Assembly: GCA_013265495.1 (NCBI GenBank)
Contig: MU058584.1
Coordinates: 5,524,508-5,588,507 of the forward strand
Direction of reading: 5' to 3'
Length of the DNA stretch: 64,000 nt
Source of the DNA: Vicugna vicugna
Lineage: Eukaryota
The notes below the pieces were generated by a model. It did no database searches, was not told the origin of the DNA, and saw only the letters and a list, made by a program, of their open reading frames with translations. This document shows, in pieces, positions 39,979-52,512 of this stretch. A program made the position numbers and the translations under genes. The first letter of the stretch is position 1; each line of letters starts with the position of its first letter.

Positions 39979-41736
39979 TCTCTTCCTTTTAAGGCATCTA
40001 ACAACCATCTGTGCAAGGATGGGTCAATAGCCAAGCACAAACTGATATTTGAGGGGGAAAAAAATCAGGGGAACTAGCTCTTATCCATCATCATCACATC
40101 CTAGGAAGAACTGGCTGGCTCTTTCTGGATGATGAGTAAAGATAAGTGCTGGTAGATTCTAAAATGATAGTAAGTAAATAATTGGCCTAATTAGATTCTC
40201 CAGAGCCAAACCAAAAAAAGGATTACACCTGAGTTCTGAATGCTGCTGAAATCAACCTTTAAACTGATCCAGATCTGGATCAATGACATGTACCATGTAT
40301 CTTCTTACTTATGTTACTTCTCCTAAACTTTTGAACATCTCAGTTCCCTCAAAATCTTCACATTATCTTCTTGTCAAGACACAACTCAAATTTCACGTGC
40401 TCAATAAAAAGCCCCATGAGCCATCCAGATGAAAGACATTTTCAATATTCTGAAATTCCCTTGCATTTTATCCAAGTCTTCGGCAGCATATTTATAGTTG
40501 TTTATACACACAGCCTATCCTTCTACTATAATGTAAGTTCCTGAAGATAAAATGAGGGTATCATTCGTCTTTGTACCCCCAAAGTGCATATATCCCAGTG
40601 CCTTCTATGAGTTGACATTTAGTCAACAGCTAGTCAATAGTTCAGTCTTAGGCTGATATAAAAACCAGTCCCTACTGAAAATTGTGTACACAACACCTAG
40701 CACAACATATTTGAGGAGGTTTTTTACAAGCCTAGTTTACCTATTGTTGTAAGATTACCAAAAACATTCATTGTTTATATATTTCTGTATCTCACTACTT
40801 TTTATTTCTACTTCTTTTATAAACTTTACGTTGCATATCTACTAATTCAGCCATTACTCATTGCTTGTCACTAACATACTTACAAGTTTTTTTCAGTGTA
40901 CATCAGCCAAGTCATTTATATTTTTTGCATTCAAACAAGCATGAGTTTAATTAATCAATGTACAAATAAAACAGTACTTTCAAGCCCACCCCTTTTGGTG
41001 GCCACTGAGGTATCCACACTCATCCTCTACAAACACCTGTGATGGGGGAGGAGAAGGCACTATACCTGACTCTTTTTGTCTGATGATTACTAAAAGTTCA
41101 ACATCAGATTTTCTATTTGTAATAATATAACAAGAAGCCTATAAAATATGCTGACAGTGTAAGTTCCTGTCACATGAGATGATCTTCAGCAGGCTCTGTA
41201 CAGCCTGAATTACTGGGGATAGAATAAGCACCCTTCAAGACTTGGCCCTAGGTCCTGGGAGGGAGAAAAGGGCATATCCAGAGGTCAAAATAACAACCCT
41301 GAACCTCAGGTGCTTTGCAATCATCAGCCTAAACTGACAAATAAAAACCAGTACTCATGAAACAACAGCATAAATACGATATAAAAATAATTCAGAGATA
41401 GGTTGATACACAAAACTGCTCGTCTGAAGAAGAGCAGTCTATATTATATGATCATCATGACAAAAGCCACGAGAGTGCAGAGCTGGGAATAAGCATGTGT
41501 GTTATGGGAAACCTGGGAGGACGGAGCTTACATGAGGACGTAGAAAGTTTGATAAGTGATATGTTTAAATTTTAAAAACAAAATGAAAATAGTGAATCAT
41601 GGAGCTAGTGAACAATCTGAGTAGAGAAATATGATCATGAGATTAATATTTAAATAATATTCATCTTTATAGGGACATGGGTTCTTGATGGCGGGCCTTA
41701 CTGCCAGTATATAAAGTGTCGCAAAAGTAAGTGCTC

Positions 41737-42167
41737 TTTCTGACTTTACTTCACTTAGAATGACGATCTCCAGCTCCAACCACATTGCTGCAAATGGCAT
41801 TATTTTATTCTTTTTTATCACTGAGTAGTTTTCCATTGTATAAATATACCACAACTTCTTTATTTAGTCATATGTCAATGGACATTCAGGTTACTTCTAT
41901 GCCTTGGCTATTGTATATAGTGCTACTATGAACATTGGGGTGCACGTATCTTTTCAAATTGCAAACATTAACCACTATATGTAAAAATAGATTAAAAAAC
42001 AAATTTCTTCTGTATAGTACAGGGAATTATATTCAATATCTTGTAATAACTTCTAATGAAAAAATATGAAAACAAATATATATATATATCTATATGCATG
42101 ACTGGGACATTAAGTTGTATACCAGAAATTGACACATTGTAACTGACTATACTTCAATTCAAAAAAA
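41737..42167 (+). mobile_element. L1 3' insertion with 5' inversion (antisense 41737-~41960, sense ~41961-42167)
   Basis: Orientation switch at ~41960; TSD aaaagtaagtgctc (41723-41736) / aaaagtagatgctc (42168-42181). Confidence 0.85.
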
Positions 42168-42699
42168 AAAAGTAGATGCTCAATAAATGTTTTCCAATAT
42201 AATGGCTGGATATATATATGGATGAATGAGAACACAGGGATTCAAAATCAGAGAGACTAGTTAGGAAACCAATCAGACGTCTTAATTCAGGCCTAAAACA
42301 GGTAACAGTAAGACAAAGAGGAAATGATGGACACGAGGGACATTTTTAAGTAAGTAGTAATACATCAGTGACAGAAAGGGAAGAGATATGGGAATAAGAA
42401 ATAGAAATAAATCAAAAAATTTTCAAAGTTTCAAGCCAAAGTGAATGTGAGAAGGGAAAAATGATAAGATTACATTTAAGCCAATAGATTTTGAAGTTAA
42501 GGCAGAACTTATTATTATTATAGAAATCATTGGAGCTATGAGACTAGAATTTGAGCAAGAGAACAAAACTGACGATTTAAGAAACCAAAAAAAAAAAGTA
42601 TTAGAACAGATAAAAGTTAGCAATTTCATGAAAAATTCCTAAAGGAAAAATATCTTCCAAAATATCATCATCTTGGCAACAACATAACTCTAATTTATT

Positions 42700-42910
42700 A
42701 TCAGTATTATTATAGCAGTTAACATTTACTGAACCCTTATTATGTACCATGCACTGTTAGTTATTTATATGTATCACTGTACTTAATCCTTACACAACCC
42801 TAGAGGTTGTTATGATTGTACCCATCGTCCAGAATAGGAAACTGGGGCACAGGGTGGTTAAGTAACCCCATTTACTAAGTGCCAGAACCAGGACTTAAAT
42901 CCAAATCTGA
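42700..42910 (-). mobile_element. MIR SINE
   Basis: aacatttactgaacccttattatgtacc...ggaaactggggcacagggtggttaagtaac. Confidence 0.8.
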
Positions 42911-44159
42911 CAAAAAAGAAAAAAGAAAAAAACACCTTTTCTATACCAAGAGTGTCTAAGTTTCTATACCAAATATTCTCTAAGATCCTACTGGGGGATG
43001 AGAAAAAAAATCAACATTTCTATTTTTTTATCTTAACCTATTAAAGTCCCTATGATTGTGTACTATTTACAATGTATGTATGAATACAGTACTGTATAAA
43101 TCAGAATTAAGCACTCATTTATGAGGGAGGGAGGGAGAGATATTCCATTTTTTTTCTAGTAGGAATGTGAGATCAAAACAGTTTAGAGATTGAGTTATAT
43201 ATCCTCCTTCCTGTCTACCTTTACTTCCTACAAAAGTCCAACGTCAACAGTTTGATCTTTTTTCTTTCCAGACCAACCCTAGCCAACTGATATTTCTGTA
43301 TACTTAGAATCTGATTTTCAATGAATTTCAGAGATCAAAGGAACATTAATAATGAGGAAACAAAAGTTCAAATAAATTAAGCGACTTGGCAAGAGTTCTG
43401 TGACTGGTTAAAGTAGCAGAGCTTAACAAAGACCCTTGTTTTTTGACAGATAGCTTGATATTCCCACAGTAGAACATTATAACCAAATTCTGAGCTTCTG
43501 GAGGATAGAAACTACATCATTTATTTCTTTTGAAACTCCAGAGTGATTTTCCTGGTTCTGGAACACTTACAAAAAAAAGTCAAAAATTTACTACCAAAAT
43601 AAAGCTCAAAAGGAGTAAATAAACGTGTTCAGCACAAGATCTTGATAAAATGGCAAAAATCCACTCTTCAAGATTCAAAAAAAAAACAAAAAAACAAAAA
43701 AAACCCAACTCTCATTAGTCTGTATGTCTGCTTATTTCCATTTCAGAAGAATTCTTAGAGAAGACATCTTTTCTTACTTTTCTAAATAAGTATGGCTTTT
43801 CTGACTATCACCTTAAAAATATATATGCTTGACAAAGGATTAACTAACTCCAGGACAAAAGTTAGTCATCAGGGACCACTTGTCAACAATTACCGGAACC
43901 ACAATACTTGAAAAGTGAAATGGATCTGAACCAAAAAAGAATTACTGGCTCTAATTATAATGGCAAGAGAATATTAAAGCAATTACACACTATTCACCTA
44001 ACATACGGTTAGAAAACTGACTCTATTACTGGGCTAGAAATCATCAGGTAACACAGAAAATGACAATATAAAACGTCTCTGTAATTTTTTTAATACAAAT
44101 AAGTATTACTAAGGTTACAAGTATAGCAGGCCTAATCTTGTTGTGCCTTTATCCTACAG

Positions 44160-44710
44160 CCACTGTGGCACTGGGTCTGGATGTAGATATGTTGGCCATT
44201 TTCCATTGGTCCTTCCAGAACTTCACTGGCTCTTTTTTTTTCCACTTTACAATTCTTTAACCTGCTCAGATTTTGGCCAGCCAACCAGCATAAATTTCAT
44301 CAAAGGACTCCCTTGTCAAAGTCAAAGGACTTTCACATGGGTTCCGCCAGTGGAAAGCAGCGGCTAAAGATCAAAGGAAGAAAAGTGAAGTCACGATATT
44401 TATTCTCCCAACTTCCTCCCTACCAGATTGCACTGGTCAGTTGTTCCCCTCTAACAAAGGCCATAGCTCCTCTCAGGCCATCCTCCCCTTACAGCTGCTC
44501 TCTGGTAGCTCTCTCCCCTTGCCTGGGGACAGGCCTACAGGTAGTATTGGCTTCTTGCTATTGCTAGCCCCTCCTCTCACACTGAACCATCCCTTGTTAG
44601 TTTCTCTTAACTCCGCCCACACCTCTGTAATTAGTCTCTTTAGTAAACTTTCCAATTATCCCAACTGAGTAGACTATTATCTCTGTCATGCTAGAACCCA
44701 GAATGCTAGT
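44160..44710 (+). mobile_element. ERVL LTR (LTR33-like)
   Basis: 3' part gcccacacctctgtaattagtctctttagtaaactttccaattatcccaactgagt resembles the LTR33 end. Confidence 0.65.
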
Positions 44711-44799
44711 TTAGAATAGAGGTACCTCCTGCTTCATATTGCCAGTTCCAGATCATTTTCATTGTAGGAGGCGAAGGGTGGCGGGGAACCTTCAGTTAC

Positions 44800-46830
44800 T
44801 TGTGCTTTTGTTGTCATATTCAAGAAGGCTTTGCCTAACTCAAGGTCACATACATTTATTCATGTATTTTCTTCTAAGAGCTTTATGGTTTTAGCTCTTA
44901 CATTTAGGTCTATAACCCATTTTGAGTTACTTTTCATTTTATGGTCTAAATTTATCTTTTTTGTACGTGGATATTCAATTGTCCCAGCACCATTTGTTGA
45001 AAAGGTTACTCTTTGCTGAATGGCATTGGCATTTTTGTTGAAAAACAACTTACCATAAAAGGTTTATTTCTGGACTCTCAATCCTGTTCCACTGACCTCA
45101 ATGTCTAGTCCTACATCACTACTACACTGTCTTGATTACTCTGTTTATTGTAAGGCTTGAAACCAGAAGTGTAAGTCCTCCAGTTTGGTCTTTTTATTTC
45201 AAAATTAGGTTGGCTATTTGGTCTTTCATATTTCCATATCAATTTTAGAATCAGCTTATCAATTTCTACAAAAATGTCTGCTGGAATTTTGAGAGGGACT
45301 GCACTGAATCTATTTGCCAATTTCTAGAGAATTTCCCTATAAATTGTTTCTTTCAATCCATGAACATCTTACGTCTCCATTTATTTAGATCTTACAATTT
45401 TACCCAGCAACATTTGGTAGTTTTTCCGTGTACATCTCACACTTCTGCTAAAAAATATTCCTAAGTATTTAATCTTTTCATGCTACTGTGAATGGAATTG
45501 ATTTAATTTCCTTTTCAGATTGTTCAGTGTAGTTGAGAGAAATACAATTGATTTTTGTATATTGATCTTATATTCTGCAACCTTACTGAACATATAAGTT
45601 ATAGAAGTTTTTTGGTTCAGGGGGTGGTGGGTAGATTCCTTAAGATTTTCTACACATAGGGAAGTATTGTCTGTGAATAAAGACAGTTTTATTTCTTCCC
45701 ATCCAGTCTGGATACCTTTTTCTCTTTTTTCTTGCCTTACTGCATCAGCTAAAATCTCCATTATAACGTTGTATAAAACTGGTGAAAGCAGACATCATTG
45801 CCTTGTTCTCAATCTTAAGAAAAAAGCATCAACATTTTCACCATTAAGTTTGTTGTTAGCTATAGGTTTTTTGTGAATTCCCTTAGTCAGGTTGAAGAAG
45901 TTCCCTTCCAGTCCTAATTTGTGGAGAATTTTTATTACGAATGGTATTAAACTTCGTAAAATGATTTTGTATGTCTACTGATGATCATGTGGATTTCATC
46001 CTTTATTAATATGGTGAATTATATGAATTGATTTTCAGGAGTTAAATCAACTTTGCATTCTTGGCATAAATCTCATGGATCATGTTATATAATTCATTCT
46101 ACATGTTGCTAGATTAAGTTTGCTGATATTTTGTTGAGGATTTATACATCTCTGTTCATATGGAATATCAATAGTTTTCCTGTGATGTCCTTCTCTGGCT
46201 TTGTATAATGGTAACACTGGCTTCACTGGATGAGTTGGGTGGTATTCCCTTTTCCTCTACTTTCCAGAAGACTTTGTGAAAGATTCTCATTATTTATTCA
46301 TTAAATGTTTGATAGAATTCACCAGAGAGGTCATCTGGGCCTCAGGTTTTATCTGTAGAAAGATTTTTAATCACTAATTCAATTTCTTTGCTTGGCATAG
46401 GTTTATTCAGATTTTCTCTTCTTCTTGAGTCTGTTTTAGTAATTTACGTCTTTTAAGGACTTCACCCATTTCATCTAAATTGCCTAATTTGATGGCATAA
46501 AGTTGTTCACAGTATTTCCTTAGAATTCCTTTAATTTTTGTCAGGTCAGGAGAGATGGCTACTCTTTCATTCCTGATTTTGGTAATTTGAATCTTTGGTC
46601 TTCTGAATCAGTCTAACTAAAGTTTTATCTATGTTAATCATTTCAAAGAAGTAATTTTTGGTTTAACTGATTTTTCTCTAATCGGTTCTGAGTTTTCCAT
46701 TTTATTGGTTTCTACTCTAATCTTCATTTCCATCCTTCTTGTTTTAGGTTTAATTTATTCTTCTTTTTCCCTTCTTCTAGTTTCTTAAGGTGGAAGCTTA
46801 AGTTACTGATTTGTAATCTCTTTTTCAGTA
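44800..46830 (-). mobile_element. ~2-kb L1 ORF2 fragment (disrupted reverse transcriptase region)
   Basis: Minus-strand ORF pieces ILADAVRQEKREKGIQTGWEEIKLSLFTD, FSKVAEYKINIQKS and IDKLILKLIWK are L1 ORF2p-like; multiple stops and frameshifts. Confidence 0.92.
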
Positions 46831-48620
46831 TTAGCATTTCTCCTTGATTTCTTAATGTTAATGTACCCTAGGACTTGGTCTTTGGACCTCTTATTTCTAT
46901 CCATATTCACTCTTTTGATAATCTGTCTGGTCTCATGGCTTTAAATACATTCCATATACTAACAACTCTCAGGCTAGACATCTTCCAAATTTCAGTGTCA
47001 TATATCCAACTGCCTCTTACCTTAGATATCAAATAAACGTGTCTAATTTAACTGGCTCCAAACTGAACTCCTGCTCCAGCCCCTTACCAAACTTCCTTCT
47101 TCAACAAACTTCCACGTCTCTGCTAACAGCAACTCCACTATAACAACTACTTAGGCCATAATCCAAGGGTCATTTTTTTTTTTGAGTAAAGATAGATTTA
47201 TTTAGAGAGATACATACTACACAGAGTGTAGTCTGTTTCAGAAGGTGAGAGAAAGGCCACAAGGTATGGGGGTTGGGTGCTCAGATTAAAATAAAAGTGC
47301 ATACACACTCCATAGACAGAGTGTGGGCCGTCTCTGAAGATGAGGGAGCAAGAGAGGCCACAAGGTATGGTGTTGCTGGTTTTTATGGGCTCAGTAGCTT
47401 CACATGCCAACAAGTGGGAGGATCATTCCAAATACCCTGGGGAAGGGGCTGGGATTCCCAGGAACTGAGCCACTGCTCACTCTGTGACCTTTTATGGTTA
47501 GCCTTGGAACTGTCATGGAGCCAGTGGGCATGTTGTTTTATCATGCTAACATATTACAATGAGCATATAATGGAGTTCAAGGTCTACTGGAAGTCAACTA
47601 TCCTGCCATCTTGAGCCTCAATGCCTACTGGGAGTTGAATCTTCCACCATTTTGCTGTATCATTCCTTGAATGGCTGTGCCTTGCCCCCATTCCCTCCTG
47701 TTTCATTCCCCCCTCAGAGATTTTGCTCCCATAATCCTATAGGGGTACAGAGAGGCAACAGTCCATCTTCTGAAACTACTTCATGGCTGAGTAGGGGCGC
47801 TGAGAAGGGTCATCTTTTAACTCTATCCTTGACTCTCTCTCTTAGACCTCAGACCTAATCCATCAGGAAATCCTGTTAGCTCTACCTGCAAAATATATAC
47901 ACTCTAATCACTTCACTGTCTTCATTGCAACCACACTACTCCAAGCCACCATTCTCTCCCACCTACATTATAACTGGTCTCTCTACTTCCATTCTTGATC
48001 ACTGCTCCTGCCACATCTAATTCTCAAAAAAGCAGCCAAAGAGATCCTGTAAAATGTAAGCTGAACCACCTCACTCCTCTGCTTAAAACCTGCAGACTCA
48101 GACTTCCCATTTCTATCAGAGTAAAGTCAACCCACTTTCAATGGCCTACAAAGCCCTTCAAGATCTGGCGTCCAATTACCTGCTTGATCTCATCTCACAT
48201 TTGCTTACTTTGCCCAAGGCACACTGTTCCCTAAACACACAACATCTTCTACCTAAGAACCTCTCCATTGGCTGCCCTACTTCCTAGAACACTTGTTCTC
48301 CAACATCTGCATGGCTCATCCTTTTTCACTCTCAAATCTTTGCTCAACTATCACCTTCTCTATGCAACTGACCCTGGCCATGTCCCTTTAAATTATATTC
48401 ACCTCCTCTACAGTATTCCCAATGTTCATTACCCTGCTCATTTTCCCTATAGTATTCAACATCTACAAATATCATGCATATTATACTTCATATCTCCTGC
48501 AATAGAATGTAAGCCCCTTTAGGGCAGGGATTTTTGTCTGTTTTGTTCATGGATATATCCCAAGGGTCTAGGTATATGCATGGCATACAACAGGTGTTAT
48601 TAAATATTTGTTGAATAAAT
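46830..48620 (+). mobile_element. L2 LINE 3' portion, interrupted by a retroposed ERV fragment
   Basis: tctcatggctttaaatac, atatccaactgcct, cagccaaagagatcctgtaaaatgtaag and terminal aaatatttgttgaataaat. Confidence 0.85.
47178..47804 (-). mobile_element. Processed (L1-retroposed) ERV1 mRNA 3' fragment: env-end/PPT + U3-R + poly-A
   Basis: Minus: PPT tctgaggggggaa (47706-47718), TGAAACAGG LTR start at 47705, AATAAA at 47197-47202, A-tail, no U5; TSD aagggtcat-ttt at 47165 and 47805. Confidence 0.85.
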
Positions 48621-48694
48621 AAATAAATTTAAAAAGCAGAACTTATCCACTGGCTGTTATCAAATAAAAAGTTTTCATACCTGAAAAGCTAAAT

Positions 48695-49140
48695 TTATTC
48701 ATTCCTTCAACAAATATTGAGTTGCTTTTCTTCGCCAAGTACTGTGGCAGACATTGGGGATATTCAAAACAGATAAGGCCCTTTTGACAAGGAGCTTGCT
48801 TACAAACTTTCTATCTCTCCTCAGAGCATGTAAAACAAAAAACAGTGTAATTCCTGTGATAGTAAGTATTATACGACAACACAATGCTTAAGTAAATATG
48901 TTAATGATTAGGGACAGAGGGCTGAGGAAGCTTCCTTCAACCAGAACAGACAGTAAAGCCCTCTATGAGCAGATGTGATCTGAAGTAAAACCAGGATGAG
49001 GAGAAGCTATTCATGCAGAAATCTGGGGTCAGGGGATATTCCAGAGAAACAAAAAGTATAAAGCTTCTAAGGGGAAATGGAGCTTGGTGAATTCAAGAAA
49101 CAAAAAAGCCAGTGTGACCTGAAGGTGGTGGGAGAGGTAC
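48695..49140 (-). mobile_element. L2 3' end
   Basis: attcattccttcaacaaatattgagttgc terminus and purine-rich antisense L2 body. Confidence 0.7.
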
Positions 49141-50010
49141 AGGTACTATGGGAAGGCATCCTGCCTCCATTGTGGAGGTCTGAAACCCACCCTGACATTT
49201 TTAGCAATTTAGATGCATCCTAGAATGTTACTGTCACATCACCTTCTCACTCCTGCGCTCCCTCTCCTACTCTTTTGTCCCTCTAGGGAAAATGCCAATG
49301 GCATTTGTCACTGAATTGAAATTTGAGAACCCTGTTCTTTAGCAGACCTGATACTTTTGTGCAAATCAGAAAAAGTTGTGCTTTCCTCAAATGTTTTCTG
49401 TCCTCTATTCGAAAAATATGTAATAAATAAGCATACCTGCAATTCATTCATAGTTGTTCAATGCAACAAGCAGAGCAGTGTGTAGTGGCCCTGGTTGCAG
49501 AGATAGAGGTGGGTAGCTCTTTGCAAACCAGACTGGTTCCATTTTTCCTCTATTTCAAATACCAAATGTTGTAGATGCTAAATATACATGTAGCTCTGCA
49601 TACACTGCAAAGTATTACTGTTCAGCCAACTGCAGTTGGCTACTGATTCTGTTAGCATTATCCTCACGTGAAAAGGAATGAATCTGGGTACCTCTGAGTA
49701 TCAGTCACTGGAGAAAATACTATGTGCACACTCAGGTCATACAGATTCATGGGGCTGTGAGAAGGAATACACCTCTGTAAAAGTGGCAAAAGCCTTGACT
49801 GTATCAGCAAGTGTTAGAAGTACTGATCGATCACCAGTGTATCAGTATTGTAACCAAGTAGGACCCTATTATCATTGGTGACCATCTGATATCTGTAATG
49901 GTGTTTGTAACTGCTTAACTGTATAATGTTTTAAAGGGTTTTCCTCATGTTCTTGCTGACCAGGGTTAGGCTGGAGAGGAGAGAGGCTGGGGTGGCCTGC
50001 CCAACCTCCT

Positions 50011-50611
50011 TGTGGTGCTGGTGCTATGTGCAGGGATCATGCTAAGTGCCCTGCTTTTGCCCCTTGTACCCTGCTCCTGACCCCAGTGCCCTGCTCTTGA
50101 CTCTAGTGCCCTCCTCTTGACCCTTTGTGGTTTCCTTGTATCCTGTTGTTCAAGCTGCAGGCCTCAGCCTGCTTAAAAGGCTAAACACATTTATCAACCT
50201 GACTTTAAACTGCATAAGCTTTTCTCCAGACCTCTTTTCCATGGAGCCTCTTCCTATGCATCCTTTGTTCTAGGTAAAAGCATATTAAGAGAGTCCTAAA
50301 GCCAGAGGTGAGCTTCATACCTAGCAGAGGGAAGGGGACCACTGCATCTGCAAAAACAAGAACAACTCTGCAACAATCTGTTACCATGTACATGATCTCT
50401 ATGGAAACCAGCGCTGCTTCTTAAACTCTTGAACTTTTACTATAAAACCCCTTGCCTTCTCTCCCCAGCAGGCTCACAGTCTTACAGGCATTAGCCCACT
50501 GTGACCTTCTTTGCCTGTCAGAGAAATAAAGCTGTCTTTCTACTTCATCCAAAACTCTGTCCTCGAGTCTCAATTTGGTAAGTGGGGTACAGAGGCTGTG
50601 TTTTGGCAACA
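50011..50611 (+). mobile_element. ERV1-type solo LTR (5' boundary uncertain) with 4x20-bp tandem repeat at 50046-50125
   Basis: tataaaa at ~50441, aataaa at ~50525, U5 end ttttggcaaca; repeat unit ~gtgccctgctcttgacccYW. Confidence 0.75.
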
Positions 50612-51004
50612 TGAAGAGCTACATAATAGAATAATCTTTTCTACCTTTTGGGAAAGCTTTTGCCTATATCATCTCATGTGACTCATGGGTTATTTTAATT
50701 TAGTAGTTTACTGTTTGGGATTTCCTTTAAATAAGATAAAGGATATTTTGGTGGAGTAAGAGATTCTTAGAAACCATTTTCAAATTTAATTCCAAAGAAG
50801 GACATTCTTTTCATCATCTAGGCTTCAAATTCCTAATTTATGAAAGGGAAAAGTGTGTGTCTTCAACTTCATGAGAACTAATCCATGATACTGCATCCTT
50901 TCTAGATGAAGGGTATTTATATGCTACATCAATATGATTAAAATTAATAAGCAACTAATATCCATAAAGTATATGATGTTTGAAACAATGTGTTTAGCAA
51001 TGAA

Positions 51005-51023
51005 GGAGCGCCACCTACTGTTC
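51005..51023 (-). promoter_or_regulatory. Candidate CTCF site (GAACAGTAGGTGGCGCTCC on minus)
   Basis: Close match to the CCASYAGRKGGCRS core, with a retained CpG in AT-rich context. Confidence 0.5.
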
Positions 51024-51439
51024 AATGTGGATTTCAACACATCCTGGACACAGCCATTTGACAAACACCCCTCCATCATAGCCCTGCAATTATATGTTAA
51101 ATCATAATATTTTTGCAGAGGTCCTAATTACCAAAATATGAATTTTGACTTTTTGAAGAAAATCTGTATCACTCATAAGCTCTAGAAACTGAGTTCTCAA
51201 ATAGTGAACAGTCTTCACTTCTCTCTATAGCTACAAAAAAAAAGAAGAAGAAATTTATTCCTAAAAATTAAAAAATTTTAAACACCTTGGCCCCAGCTGC
51301 AGTAGTTCAGAATAGCCTGGGCTTCCAAACAAAAGAGGTTGAAACCAGGGTCCTGCCAATTACTAGTGGTTCAACCTTGGGCGTCTTTTAAATCTGAGAC
51401 TGTTTCCTTATATGAAGAGAACTTAATTCACAGTAGGCA

Positions 51440-52218
51440 TCATTAAAAAGTCCATAAATGATCAATGCTGGAGAGGGTGTGGAGAAAAGGGAATCCTCCT
51501 ATACTGTTTGTGGGGATGTAGTTTGGTGAAGCCACTATGGAAAACAGTATCGAGATTCCTCAAAAAACTAAAAATAGACTTACCATATGATCCAGCAATC
51601 CCACTCTTTGGCATATATCCAGAGGGAACTCTAATTCAAAAAGATACATGCACCCCAGTGTTCATAGCAGCACTATTTACAATAGCCAAGACATGGAAAC
51701 AACCTAAATGTCCATCAACAAATGATATGATAAAGAAGCTGTGGTATATTTATATAATGGAACACTACTCAGCCATAAAAAAGAATGAAATAATGCCATT
51801 TGCAGCAACATGGATGGACCTGGAGATCATCATTCTAAGTGACATAAGCCAGAAAGAGAAAGAAAAATACCACATGATATCACTCATATGTGGAATCTAA
51901 AAAAAAAAAAGACAGAAATGAACTCACTTACAGAACAGAAAGAGACTTACAGACATAGAAAAGGGTTATCAGTGGGGAAAGGGGATGGGAAGGATAAATT
52001 GGGAGTTTGAGATTTGCAGATACTACCTACTATAAATGAAATAGATAAACAACAAGTTTCTTCTGTATAGTACAGGGAACTATATTCAATAGCTTGTAGT
52101 AATCTATAATGAAAAATAATATAAAAATGAATATGTATATTTATGACTGAAGCATTAATGCTGTATACCAGAAACTGATACAACACTGTAAACTGATAAT
52201 ACTTCAATTTTTTAAAAA
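51440..52218 (+). mobile_element. L1 3' end (ORF2 C-terminus + 3'UTR), relatively young
   Basis: ORF 51508-51900 ([33 protein letters not shown]) is the L1 ORF2p C-terminus; followed by 3'UTR and A-tail. Confidence 0.95.
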
Positions 52219-52489
52219 AGGACCTAATCTGAGTTCTATTTTGATCCTTTCCCCATCCAGCCCCAAGGAAGTTGAAAGCATTTTTTTAGCTACTGAAGAA
52301 ATGATTAGGTTCAAATCACCTTATGAAAGATGAATAACATTCAGTGAATTCTCCTCACTTGTTTTCTAACATCAAATACATTACATAAGGTTTTAAACAA
52401 TTAAAAACAATAATTTTTAAAATCTCCTGCTAAACTATTTCAAGAATATCATCCTCGTGACACTAAGAAAAAAAAAAAGAAGGGATAAT

Positions 52490-52512
52490 TGTGTGTGTGT
52501 GTTTGTGTGTGT
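52490..52512. repeat. (TG)n microsatellite
   Basis: tgtgtgtgtgtgtttgtgtgtgt. Confidence 0.85.

Noticed and set aside
40265..40282. Perfect 18-bp palindrome TGATCCAGATCTGGATCA (another, AGCCAACTGCAGTTGGCT, at 49624-49641)
   Set aside because: At roughly 4^-9 per position, one or two such palindromes in 64 kb is not clearly above chance; no supporting context.
49150..50000. Possible old hAT-Tip100-type DNA transposon relic
   Set aside because: Only a short tgtgcaaatcagaaaaag resemblance; no termini or TSD that I could define.
51508..51900. 130-aa ORF
   Set aside because: C-terminus of L1 ORF2p in a truncated copy, not a host gene.
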